Part shown: in pieces, positions 12,641-25,399 of the stretch
Layout of the letters: each line of letters opens with the position of its first letter
How positions within the stretch are numbered: position 1 is the first letter of the stretch
Source: Octopus vulgaris
Taxonomy: Eukaryota
DNA: 64,000 nucleotides
Direction: 5' to 3'
NCBI GenBank assembly: GCA_951406725.2
Contig: OX597816.1
Span: 138,012,001 to 138,076,000 of the forward strand
Notes under the pieces: model-generated
The model's input: only the letters and a program-made list of their open reading frames with translations
Databases searched by the model: none
What the model was told of the DNA's origin: nothing
Position numbers and translations under genes: made by a program

Positions 12641-13158
12641 TATGTACCAAATGAGATGAAATGGTTAAAATATTTATTCAACCATTGGGAAATTTTATCA
12701 CGCTGGGCTAAATGCTTAGCCGTATTTCGTTCGTCTTCTCGTTCTGAGTTCAAATTCCGCTGTGGTCGACTTCGCTGTTCATCCTTGCAGTGTGATAAAA
12801 TAAGTACCAGTTGAACATTAAGGTTAATGCTCGCCTTGTACTAAAATTTGAAATCAATATTACTGAGCAATTAAAATATCATAGACGCGCCCGGATTATA
12901 TGTAAGTATTGGACTGTATGAGTGTGTGTAAAAAATCTCGCGAACCTACCGAAACAGATCCAAATCTATGACTGACTGTGCCTGAACTTCTTGAATGTGT
13001 CGAAGAGGACAAATCAAAGAGAATGACAGTGAGGCCTTAGGTTAGATGTGGCGTTACATATATATATATACACTGAGGGTAGAAATTGATATCAATCAAT
13101 TAACATCAATTTAAACCAGTCGTGTAGCATATTAAAAAAATCCGAAGATTTTAAAAAT

Positions 13159-13228
<70 letters not shown>

Positions 13229-13235
13229 CATACAT

Positions 13236-13283
<48 letters not shown>

Positions 13284-13448
13284 ACATATATATATATATA
13301 TATATATTTAATAAGGGTAGAAATTGATATTAATCAATTAAAACCAGTGGCCCAGCATATTAATATTTTAATCTCTGAATATTTTAATCTGACTGAGCGC
13401 CCTCGCGTCGATTCGATTCGTTTCATTTCGTTTCATCTCCTCCAAGTA

Positions 13449-13483
<35 letters not shown>

Positions 13484-14275
13484 TTATCTATACATACATG
13501 CATACACACACGCATATACAGATACATATTTATATATAGACATACATACATGTACATACACATATATAATGTTGAACAGTTAGTTACACAAACTGCTGCA
13601 GATTTATGAACTGCAGAATTTTTTCGATCTACACGTATTCCACTTTGTATTTCGCCCCCTTATCTCCATCCACGAGTAGATGGTTTAAGAATATAACTCC
13701 CTCTGTACTAACCTCCTATTACCATCCGCCATAAAGACAATAACCAGATGACTTGGACGATCAACTAGATATTTGTTTGTTTATAATTAACTTTCTGTTT
13801 TCTTACTGCAAGTTTTTTAGCGTTAACTTCCATTAACTGCGCTATTAACGTCTATATCTAAGATCAATCAAACCACGTTGCAGTATATAAACCACGTTGC
13901 CACATATGGTAATATATTCCTATCTTATCGATATATTACATCCACCCTCCCCTCTCTGTCTCTCCCTCTTACACACACACATACACACACGCTCACGCGA
14001 ACTTGTATCAGACTTCCCTATCTTTTTTCTGCTCCTTTAATTTCTTCTGTCCTTATCTCTCTGCAATTCCCACCTCTGCTTTAACACTAAGTACTTCTTT
14101 ATTTCATTCAATCGCTTTTCTCCTTTATTCAGAACCTCCTTTCTTTTCTTCGCTATGTTTGTCTTTCATCTTGGCTTGTCTCACTCTCCTCCTCCATCAC
14201 ACATTTTCTCTCTCTCTCTCTTGCTTTTTTTTCTTCTTCAACCTCGTTTCTCTCTCTCTCTCTCTCCTCCCTCAG

Positions 14276-14740
14276 ATTTAAGTGTCAACATAATCAACGT
14301 GTTCAAACATCTCTGATCTGATAGCTATCACATGTTGGTGTGGATTTACATTGGCAAACATCGTTTGCTCTCGGTAATCCCCGGGATTGGCACTAGCTTA
14401 GTTGAAAAAAATCTCATTATCATGACTTGAATTGCTCCGTGAACGCTGCCAATGAACGACTTTTTAATTTCACGTAACACAAGCAGACGGAATGAGAAGA
14501 AGGTGGTGGAAGAAGATTCCGACCAAATCGAACGGTACTTTCTCACTGATTCTTCATCTACTTCTGCATCCACGAAGATGTCATTCAAAATCTGACGGAG
14601 AAAATCTTCCTTGACCTGACGCCGGCAGACTGCTGTACATTTTGTATTTGTAGTGAGCTTAACCGGCTAATCTTGTGTTAACAGCGTTCAGCAAACATGG
14701 CGGTTAAGCAACATAATACTGGTCGACTGACTGATGTTGT
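14276..14740 (+). other. Candidate exon (mostly 5' UTR) of an unidentified host transcript
   Basis: Long polypyrimidine tract ending CCCTCAG at 14275, non-repetitive sequence after it, AAACATGGCG at 14693-14702, upstream donor CAA|GTAAGT at 13445/13446. Confidence 0.35.
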
Positions 14741-15229
14741 AATGTTTGGGGGATAATGGAAAAGAGGATGAAATGAAGACGTGGTATGACTTGAGAAAGG
14801 CAAGTTGGTTGCGGTGCATGAGAGAGAGCAGTGAAGGATGCCAACAAAATAAGCAGAAATGGAAGAATAAGAACGACTGAATAAATGACGATGAAGACGA
14901 AGATTATGATGAAGAATGGCTAAACGAATGAAAGTTAAGATATTGATGATTATGAAGGAAAATGCATGAATGAAATAATTCTCATTTACAGAGAATAAAT
15001 AGAATAACAACAAAAACAAGTGATTGATTTACTGAATGAATTAGTGAAGATTAAGTAAAAAAAAGTATTAATTGAACCAAATTCTTAAGGGAAAATAAGA
15101 CAGAAAATAGTGCAGTACTGTTGGAGTGTGTTATGGTATTTGGTTACATTAAATCTTGCTAAGTAGGATGGCACAAATTGAAGAAACGATGATGTAATGT
15201 ACTTTAAAACGTATTTAGTTGCATCTCCT

Positions 15230-15850
15230 AACTTCAAACACCGCCAAAGTCAAGTTCACTTTGGAATCTTGGAATCGATAAAATAAGTACCAGCTAAGTA
15301 GTTGGTAACGGAGTCGATTAAATCAGCTCTACTCTCCCAAAACATATATGAACATGAGTTAGTATTCGTTTCAAATTTTGGCATAAGGTCAGCAATTTCG
15401 AAGGATGGAGTAAATCATTTACACCGACCCCAGTCTTCAAATGGTACTTATTTTATTGACCCCGAAAGGATGAAAGTCGAATTCGGCGCCGGCGGCGGCA
15501 TTTGAACTCAGAACGTAAAAACGGAAGAAATGCCGCTAAGCAATTTTTCCGGCACGTTGGCTATTCTGCCTGCTCACCATCTTAATGTGATTTAATATTA
15601 GAAAGCATTTGAGTTCAAATTCCGCCGAAGTTGCTGGAATCGATGTAATCGACTCACTCCGCTAAACTTGCTGGCCTTGTGCCAAGATTTGAAACCAATA
15701 TTAGAAACCGATTCAGTTCAAATTCCGCCGAAGTTGACTTTACCTTTTATCCTTTCAGAGTAGATAAATTGAGTACCAATTGAGCGCTGAGATCGACATA
15801 ATCAACCAGGACAAAAATTGAGGCCATGCGCCTACAGCAGAAATGGATAT
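15230..15850. mobile_element. Cluster of SINE family B fragments in both orientations
   Basis: Repeated ttcaaattccgccgaagttg, gataaa..aagtaccag and inverse cgaaaggatgaaag...tttgaactcagaacgta. Confidence 0.8.
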
Positions 15851-16184
15851 TCAGAACTGTTAGTTACATTACTGATGCTATTTAGAGATCCCACACAATG
15901 GTGAGAACTTACTTTAAATGAACTGAGCAGTTAATAATAAAGTGTATCGAATGCGTATACAGAGCAGGTTTAAAGTGAGAGGTTAGAAAATGTACCAGAC
16001 AAGCAGTCTATTTATCGTTCAACCAAACATGATTCTCATTTTACAAAGTGTATTCAAAAGATAAGCCGTATGAAACAGGAATGTTTGTTTTTCCAGTTTA
16101 TTTTACGTGTTATAATAAATGGAAGGACAACGCTCGTCTATAGTACGCTTTGACCTGTTGTTTTACATCACCCCGACGTCGTAT

Positions 16185-16450
16185 ACTCCTCTCTCTCCCC
16201 TCCACTTCCTCCACATTATTTCCTCTCCTCACCTTCTCCCTCCCTTCATTATCCTCTCCTCCTCGTCTTTCTCCGCCTCCTCCTTCACCTTCTCCTTTCC
16301 CTCCCGCTCTCCTCTCCTCTCCTCTCAACCTACGCACCCTCCTCCTCCACCTCGTCATCCTCTTCTGCCTTCCTCTCCTTTTTCCCTCCTTCCCTTCCCT
16401 CCTTTCCTTCTTCGTCTCTTTCGTTATCCCCTTCCCCGTCTTCCCCCTCT

Positions 16451-16483
<33 letters not shown>

Positions 16484-16612
16484 CACCACCACCACCACCA
16501 CCACCACTACTACTACTACTACTTCTACTACTACTACTACCACTACCACCACCATCACCACCACCACTGCCAACTGTGTGTGTGTGTGTGTATGTGTATG
16601 TGAACGTGTGCA
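16185..16612. repeat. Polypyrimidine low-complexity tract plus (CTA)n/(CCA)n/(TG)n
   Basis: Directly visible. Confidence 0.9.
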
Positions 16613-17023
16613 TGGATATGTAGTATAAATGCTATGGACAATAAAAAAAAAACAACGTAGGTGGCGAGATTTTTAACAAATATGGTAATAGCTTAACTCT
16701 TTGAGGGAAAGAGAAAGTGAAAGTATCTGAAAATTTTGGACAATAGTCCTTCATCAGAAAGCGGGAAATAAGACATGTAGGGAACGGTAAAGAGAGTATG
16801 TATGTGAAAGTGTGTATGTGTGCGTATGTGTGTCTGTATGTGTGTGTGCTTGTGTATGTGTGTATGTGTGTGTTGAGCGTATACGCGCAGCTGCTATCTG
16901 ATACCAAGCAAGCCTTGATTAAGATCTCTGGCAGAAATTGCGTGGAACTGCGCCTCGGAGGGTAACTTTCTAGGTGCAATCCTCCGGTCATTCATGACTG
17001 ATGGAGGTTTTTACCCATTACCC

Positions 17024-17103
<80 letters not shown>

Positions 17104-17659
17104 TGAAGACAAAACTGATTCCAATAAAACTAGATTCTAAAGAAAATACTGATTAATCACTAAACCTCCAGAAGGCTATGTGTGACTCATATTACATATT
17201 ACATCTCACATAAATAAGACAGTTGCATCAGCTATACAAAATACACATTCTAACCTTCCTTCCAAGAAAGACCATTCATGAAACTAGCGATTTCTTATTG
17301 ACTGTAGTCGTTAGAATCTCCCTCACTCTATTCTAAATTTCTTACTACAGCATCTATGTCTGTGAAAAATAGAAAATATCTGTGATTTTGGCCTGTGCTG
17401 ACTTGAATATCCTGCCTCCCATTCTGTTACCATACTGAATCCCATTGAACTGAAATGCAGATAGAGTACTTTACTATAAAACCTTCCTGCCAGAGCTCAG
17501 CGTTGTGGAGGTTTCTCACTACCCACACATTCCTTTCAAACGACATCGTCAAAAGATTTGATTAAACAATCAATCGTTTTAATCTCATCAATTTTGGAGG
17601 TCTTACATGGTAATTCATACGGCATTTGTCTCTTCCAGTTGAATAATATGAAACAATAA

Positions 17660-17853
17660 TATTCTTTTCTACTCTAGACACAAGGCCCAAATTTTTTGGC
17701 GAGGTGGCCAGTCGATTAGACCGACCACAGTACGCAACTGGTACTTAATTTATCAACCCCAAAAGGATGAAGGGTAATGTCGACTTCGGTGGAGTTTGAA
17801 ATACTGCTAAACATTTCGCCCGGTGCGCTAACGTTCCCGCCAGCTCGCCGCCT
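17660..17853 (-). mobile_element. SINE family B (Deu/Nin-like central domain)
   Basis: Reverse complement begins ggcggcgagctggc and contains ccttcatcc...gataaattaagtaccagttgcgtac. Confidence 0.8.
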
Positions 17854-18106
17854 CAGGAAACAATAATATTGCGTGTAAAGTAAACAAACGAAGGTATACA
17901 CAGAAGCAGAAATGTACACATACATATACTTAAATACATAGATGTGTGAGTGTGTATACGCGTGCGTGTGTGTGTTTTTGTTTGTGTGTGTGTAAGTATA
18001 TATACCACGAGAGTGGCACACACATTGAACACTGCACCCAATAGTCACACACGCGTACACATAAACATACATGCTCACACATATATACACATGAATATGT
18101 ATGTAT

Positions 18107-18137
<31 letters not shown>

Positions 18138-18149
18138 TGTATGTATCTA

Positions 18150-18312
18150 AACGAGGAGGTGCTGAAAAGTTCCTGGCTTTCGGTAAAAGAAAGTACAAGA
18201 AGATCAGATTCACACATTTATTGCAGCGCGTATGCCATGTGAAAGGAATTCAGAAGGTTGGGCCTCCAACCACGCCTTTTGCGATACCCTTAAAATTTTT
18301 AATACCCTCTCA
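18150..18312. mobile_element. Mariner-type MITE remnant
   Basis: Left end cgaggaggtgctgaaaagttcctgg resembles mariner TIRs; degenerate inverse aaaatttttaataccctctc at the right end. Confidence 0.45.
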
Positions 18313-18479
18313 TGTATAAATATATGCATGAGTCTTAATCACAACCGTCCGACGAACGGGAGCGTGAAACTCCGAGTCACAGCTTTTTGTTATGTTTATA
18401 GAGCTTTAATGAAAAAGTATATTGCTCCACCTATTCGAGTACTATTTTCTCCACCTTGTTTTGCATCTATGTGCTTACT

Positions 18480-18570
<91 letters not shown>

Positions 18571-18630
18571 ATACAAATGTATAACCAGGTACATGCACAT
18601 ATATCGATAAACACACACGCGTAATTACGT

Positions 18631-18997
18631 GGTACTCCGTCGGTTACGACGGCGTCGGTTACAGTTGATCTGCTCGTGAAATTAATTTGTAAGTGGCTGA
18701 GCACTCCACAGACACGTGTACCCTTAACGTAGTTCTCGGGGAGATTCAGCGTGACACAGTGTGGGACAAGGCTGGCCCTTTGAAATACAGGTACAACAGA
18801 AACAAGAAGAAAGAGTGAGAGAAAGTTGTGGTGAAAGAGTACAGCAGGGTTCACCTCCCTCCTTCTCCCGGAACATCGTGGATTTTTTTGAGTTTTCTCT
18901 CGATAAATACTCATAACGCCCGGTCTGGGAATCGAAACCACGATCCCACGACCGCGAGTCCGCTGCCCTAACCACTGGGCCATTGCCCCTCCACACA
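18631..18997 (-). mobile_element. tRNA-derived SINE (head as at 24617, tail as family C)
   Basis: A box tggcccagtgg, B box gtttcgattcc; 3' part matches 44690-44860. Confidence 0.85.
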
Positions 18998-19132
18998 CGC
19001 GTAATAGACAATATATAAATGTAAAATAAAGAATCATTAACGTTTATTTTGTATCATTTTTCAATTCGTACATTTTCGTTTTAACTAAATCTATCATTTT
19101 TGCATTTCTTGGTCTGTCTGTCTGTCTGTGTT

Positions 19133-19197
<65 letters not shown>

Positions 19198-19200
19198 GAA

Positions 19201-19232
<32 letters not shown>

Positions 19233-20284
19233 CCTTTCTTTCTTTCGTTCTTTCTTTCTTTCCGTCTATCATCCTTCCTAAATATTACAGACATTTTTCG
19301 TTCTGTATATCACTCTGCCAGAAAGTCTGGTCTCTTTCCTTTGTGTCTTTATTTCAAAATATTATTTTCTATCGATTTCTCTCTTCCTAGAATTATCCTC
19401 TCTCTCTCTCACTCACTCTCTCTTTCTCTTCCTCTCCCTCTCTCAATCTATTACTCTCTTTTTCTCCAACCACTCCGATTCTACTTTTGACAACTACAAT
19501 ATCATGCACAAATTCCTTCATTTATAACTACCGCAACTCAAAATACTTCTCTGGTCGTGTTGTTTTCGCTTCGTTTCACCGCTATCTTTGTAGGTGGCGA
19601 CACACAATTGTAAATTTCCAAAGTTACTTTGAATAAAGCATTGTCCACAGGAACAAAAACCATTGAGAATAATAAACGTGGCCAAGAACTGCTAATTTTG
19701 CAAACGTTCAGCAGAGAAGAATTCTCCAAAGACAGGAAAATATCTGTTGTAAACCGAATAAAGCTCAGCAGATTAGGAAAGGGAAAAATGGAAGTGCTAT
19801 GGGAAATTGTTAAATTATCATAAAAATACAGTGTCAAAGAAAGGGCTAAATCGGCAGTGAGAATTGTTATTATGCTTAGTTATTTATTTGTCGATTCTAC
19901 ATCAAAATAAGGTGTTTTATTTTGAGATGGGGTTCGGTAAGTTTTAATAGTTAAACAGTTACTGTCAGTTACTGTGAGATAGCGTAAATGAGTTGAATAT
20001 ACACAACTGGGCACATTCATGGGATGAATTATAAAATGAGATATTCACTGGATTTGAACTCACAATGTAATGGGCTGAAACTAGGCAATTGTTGCTAGGC
20101 GGCGTTTATGAAATTGACGAATACGTAGTCACTCCATAGATATTAGTAACAAATACTTCCTGTTTATTGGTTTCAAATTTTGGTACAAGGCTATCGAGTT
20201 CGTGGGAGGAGGGAAGTCGATTACATCGACCTCCACTACTCAACTAGCCCTTATTTTATCGACCCTCAAAAGATGAAAGACCCT

Positions 20285-20465
20285 CTCGACCTATTCATTA
20301 GTGCACATCGTGAACGAAGTCCATTCACCCAACGTAAGATTGTGTTACATGTGGGAACAGCCTGGTTTCGGTGAATGTTGAAGTGGCACTGAAACTCACG
20401 CTGATCTGCTGTGACAGAATCGTTATTCGTCGCGTAACTGTCGTAGGCAAACATGCGATGTTCTA
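20285..20465 (-). mobile_element. Tc1/mariner transposase N-terminal HTH fragment (DUF4817-like)
   Basis: NNDSVTADQREFQCHFNIHRNQAVPTCNTILRWVNGLRSR resembles the SV..TQR.FR.HF......P.R.TI.RWV HTH of Tc1-like transposases. Confidence 0.7.
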
Positions 20466-20475
20466 TTGTTTATAT

Positions 20476-20532
<57 letters not shown>

Positions 20533-20553
20533 CACACACATACACATACATTC

Positions 20554-20584
<31 letters not shown>

Positions 20585-20701
20585 CATACATACGAGTTAG
20601 GCAAGTTCTTTTGACACGAAACTCTGGGCTCTATATTTCATTCCTTTAACAATCACAGTTAATAAAAGATTGTCTGTGCATTTGATTGTACATGCGTGTT
20701 T

Positions 20702-20806
<105 letters not shown>

Positions 20807-20880
20807 GACATACAGAAATTCATAAGCAGAAACTGGAAGAGAATAATAAATAAAGAAAATGAGAGGTGGGGAAAAATAGT

Positions 20881-20911
<31 letters not shown>

Positions 20912-21315
20912 TGAAAGATAGAGAGAGAGAGGCAGGGAGAAGTGAAAAAGACAGTGAAACAAAATGAAAGAGAAAGAGTATTTGAGAGAGGGAGAGAGAA
21001 AGAGAAAGAGAGAGAGAGAGAGAGCACTCGACCTTAGCCTGAAAGCCCTTATTTTGATAGAAGGGATTAAAACAAGTCATCAACTTCAGCCCCCCGATGA
21101 ATTTGATCTCTCCTGAAATAAACGCCATGCCTAGTTAAAGATCAGTTTGAACACGCATGTGCCGAAGTGTTTTTGCGCAAATAGCATGGCAATCGATAAA
21201 TTTTGGTCATACGGTTTGAAATTTAATGCAACAACAATAACGAGAACAGAAACAACAAGAACATCAACAACAACCAGCAACAACGACACAAAGACGAACA
21301 ACAACAACAACAACA

Positions 21316-21352
<37 letters not shown>

Positions 21353-22516
21353 ATACTACTACTACTACAGTAAATACAACAACAATCAAATAGAAGCAGA
21401 AATGCCAGCAATGTTTGAAAAGAAAATAAGGAATTGAGAAAGAAACCATTTTTATGAGAAATGATTGAAATTAGTTCCAGAGAAATATATTCACTTTTGG
21501 AAGAAGAAAAAGAAATTATAACGGAAAAGAATTGGTAAAAAGAAATGAAAAGAATGACTAGCGTGTCACTTGTAGTAAATACGTGTAATATAAGATTAAT
21601 TCAGTCTTACTGAAATAATTGATTTTATACATAATAGTCCGTGTAATATGTAGGGCTAACTTGTCGTTAGGGAAAAAAAAATATTATTTCTTTTAAAAAG
21701 CTCTCGAAGCAAATCTGTTCGCAATGCGTTAATCGTATCTAAATCGTTAGCCGTGGTCAAATCTTGTTGAATCCTTCTGGACACGAAACTGAAGCTGCCA
21801 CGTTGAATTACATCAGGCCTCTATTACAACTCGCCAGTCGTTCAAAGTTGAGTAGAAAGGCCAGTTATGGACACATTACAGTCGGATTTGGAATAATTTC
21901 ATTCTAAACCACTTTTCTCCCCGGCAAATTAATAATTCTTCATAAACCGATCGGCATTGCATGAAAGAATCGAACCACGTGACAATGTGTCTTGCTAGAA
22001 GAAAACTGAATATAATCGAGTAATATAGACATTTCACTGTTTGGATTTAATATTCCTTGGCCAATATTTCGGTCACCTAAAAAACAGTTTCGGTGATGTC
22101 AGTCACGTGGCTATTTACTCTAAGCTGATGTCGATATGACTAATTAGAGAAAGAAATACAAGCGTCTTGTAATGGTAACGAATACTTCAAAACTATTTTA
22201 TATTTAGAGGTAGAAAAATAAATGGTAAATTTAAATAGTTTAAAGGGTTGAATTAACGTATGAATACAATATTGATACTGACTACGTCAAAGGATAAAGG
22301 AAAGGAGAGACGTAGATATATAAGTTCAAACATATTCATTCACAACAACAGAAAATAAATACACACCCCCCACACACACACACACACAAGCGCATTCGTA
22401 GCTGTTTGGTAAGAAGCTTGCTTCCCAACCAAATTGTTCTGGGTTCAGTCTCGTGATGAAGGATACAAGACAGCTATGATTGCTGCATATATATATATAT
22501 ATATATATATATGTAT

Positions 22517-22891
22517 TATATAAAATCCGTTCTGTCTGTCTGTCTTCTAGGATATCGGGCATCCTCCATCCAATTGCGCTTAAATTTGATATGTAGATAC
22601 CGACGGTATCAGGGCGTGTATAAGTCTTGAAAAAATTACAAAAATGGATTCCAGGTGAGAATGCGATCGATAAAGCCGTGGGAACGTGCATTTGTAAAAT
22701 CGTTTTTCTTGGAATAGAAAACAAAGTCTATCTTTATTTCTTCTGTTACTGGTGTCTCGAATTTAGTTGAAATCATCGTTTCTCAAAGGGGAGGCCTATG
22801 GGACGGTCGGACAAGTTGTTTTGAGAAAATTTGGCTTAAATGTTTGACAACTTAGCACCGTCCATTGCAAGAGGTGGGGGCGTTTTGCTCG
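22517..22891 (+). mobile_element. Non-autonomous Helitron-like repeat
   Basis: Inverse homologue of 1462-1822; begins ttatataaaatcc..ctgtctgtc, ends GC-rich then ctcgt; embedded in (TA)n. Confidence 0.6.
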
Positions 22892-23422
22892 TATACATAT
22901 ATATATATATATAATATATATATACGAGTTAACATGAGGTCCCTTCACGACAATGTAACCTCCATTTGGTTAAGGTATCTTTGGCATGAAAAGTAGCTAG
23001 CAGATTACCCTTGTTTGGGTAATTACTACTTCCGATGTTCTGCTAGCAAGGACACATATGTAGCCTGGATTTTAACTACTCTATTCCCTAAATTTAGATT
23101 TCTATTCGCATGCACACTAACCCCAGTTGCTAACCGTGAAATATAAAATAACTTTTTCAGCTTATTGAACTTCAATATGGGAAAAGTTTAAAACCTTCTA
23201 CGTCAATAAGCCACTATTGTTCCTGAAAGTTGTGTTTTATACCTTCTACGGACTGTTTGAAGCTTAATAACTTCCTACGCTTTGATCCATAGATCTCACC
23301 TTTACATATTACTACTCATACACATACACACACACACACGCACACATACATACACACATTCACACACATACATCATACATATAAATAACAAAAGTGATAA
23401 CCAACCCAACAAAAATGATAAC

Positions 23423-23457
<35 letters not shown>

Positions 23458-23583
23458 TTCTCTAATTGTTTTCTCACTCTCTTCATTTCAATTGCACCTA
23501 GTATATTCCCTTCACATTCAACTGCCTTCTTTTTCCTTCTCAAAATAATTATAAAATGCCTGTCTTCAATCCAACTTTGGACA

Positions 23584-23982
23584 TCTTTATATATAAAAGA
23601 GAGGTCGTGTGCTGTCTGTCTCCAACGATTTAGATTCCTAACTACTCCCACATTTTGCGGTGCAGTTTAACCAAAACCGGGTATCTTATAGCCGTGATAC
23701 ATATCGAGCCCTTCTGGGTATTAGTGCGCCTCTACAATGAGTCTACGATTTTTAAAAAAAATTTACCATCAATTTTTCCCATTTTTAATGCATTTTTGGC
23801 ATATATAAGGGAAGTAACTCTTTAAAAATTTATTATTAAACCTCAGAACGTAAAAAGCTACAGTAACCCCCCCCCCCTTTGTGGTTAGCCATATTGAGAT
23901 GGCTATTATACTTTACATCTCTAAAAATGCTTATATAGTTATTTCCCTTACAAACCCGAGCAACGCCGGGGGATACTGCTAG
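23584..23982 (+). mobile_element. Complete non-autonomous Helitron
   Basis: A|TC 5' end (TCTTTATATATAAAA), subterminal hairpin CCCGagcaacgcCGGG, 3' CTAG|T end, inserted between A and T with no TSD. Confidence 0.88.
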
Positions 23983-24213
23983 TAGTATATACATTGATGC
24001 AATAATGTGTTCCCTGATAATCTGCTGCAGTTGAGTCTCTAAATGCACTTGGAACACCTACTGCAGGGTTCCAAACAATCATAATGGTGAACCGCGTGTA
24101 GGAACTATACTATACACTTGTTGTGTTTATCCCTATTCTTCCTATTTTTGAACAGTAGCTCCATAACTAGTTATATTTCTATAGTGGTTACTTAACAATT
24201 GTACAGGAGGCAG

Positions 24214-24316
<103 letters not shown>

Positions 24317-24386
24317 GTATGTATGTATGTATTAATATAGTAAAGATTTGTTCGACACCGCTTACCAAAAATCATTGCATACACAA

Positions 24387-24417
<31 letters not shown>

Positions 24418-24435
24418 TATATATATATATATATA

Positions 24436-24966
24436 TATTAAAGATTTGTAGGTACGTGGTACTTCTTCGTTATCTAAACACAATATACTATAAGGTATTC
24501 TAAATATTTTCATTAGTCAGTACCACGTTCTATTCCGTCAGAATGTAAGAGCACTGCTGGTGTAATAGAACGTGATACTGACTTATGAAAACATTTAGTG
24601 TACCTTATAGTATACTGTGTGGAGGCGCAATGGCCCAGTGGTTAGGGCAGCGGACTCGCGGTCAGAGGATCGCAGTTTCGATTCCCAGACCGGGCGTTGT
24701 GTGTGTTTATTTAGCGAAAACACATAAGAGCTGCAAGGGGTGATGGCTATCCCTTTGTACTCTTTCGCCACAACTTTCTCTCACTCTCTCTTCCTGTTTC
24801 TTGAGTAACGCTGTGATGGACTGACGTCCCGTCCAGCGTGGGTGGGGGACATATACGCCACAGAAACCGGGAAACCGGACCCATGAGCCTGGCTAGGCTT
24901 GAAAAGGACGACGTATAGTATATTTCGTTTGCATAATGAAGTATTACGTACGCACAAATCTTTAAT
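24436..24966. mobile_element. Palindromic fold-back/MITE-like element interrupted by a SINE
   Basis: attaaagatttgt...tatactataaggta..agtcagtaccacgttctatt pairs with aatagaacgtgatactgact..taccttatagtata and, after the SINE, acaaatctttaat. Confidence 0.75.
24617..24912 (+). mobile_element. tRNA-derived SINE with TSD
   Basis: A box tggcccagtgg, B box gtttcgattcc; direct repeat TATAGTATA at 24606-24614 and 24914-24922. Confidence 0.88.
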
Positions 24967-25097
24967 GTTTACATACCATCCACAGGAATGAGTTTAATAT
25001 GTAAATTGGTATATCCAATAACTTAACACCGATGTATGCGGTGGCTATATAAGCAATGTGTTCAGAGACAGAAGTGGGTTAGATGGGTGCTGAAGAA

Positions 25098-25271
25098 GGG
25101 GCCAGTCGGTTAGATCTACCCCAGTACGCAACTGGTACTTAATTTATCGACATCGAAAGGATGAAAGGTAAAGATGACCTCGGCGGAATTTGAAATCAGA
25201 ACGTAAAGACAGACGAAATACAGCTAAGGATTTCGCCCGGTGTGCTAACGTTTCTGCCAGCTCGCCGCCTT
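25098..25271 (-). mobile_element. SINE family B
   Basis: Close match to 43540-43692 and 53325-53477. Confidence 0.88.
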
Positions 25272-25399
25272 ATACATACATTTATATTGACTGAGGAAAG
25301 ATGCTGGGTACGTCTTTTTGAGGAAGAGTCGTTAGGCCGTCTGACAGGAAATTCTCTCCTTTTTTATTCTGCATATCAAGGTATAGCTAAAATGGTTTC

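Noticed and set aside
16110-16628. Long Gly/Ser/Pro/Thr-rich ORFs on both strands
   Set aside because: Low-complexity purine/pyrimidine tract and trinucleotide repeats.
19560-19830. Acceptor-like tctttgtag at about 19592 followed by unique sequence
   Set aside because: All three frames stop within ~45 bp and no clear donor follows; it could only be non-coding and is unsupported.
24617-24690. tRNA-like sequence with A and B boxes (also 44543, 18920 and others)
   Set aside because: These are SINE heads continuing into SINE bodies; no complete cloverleaf, so not called tRNA genes.
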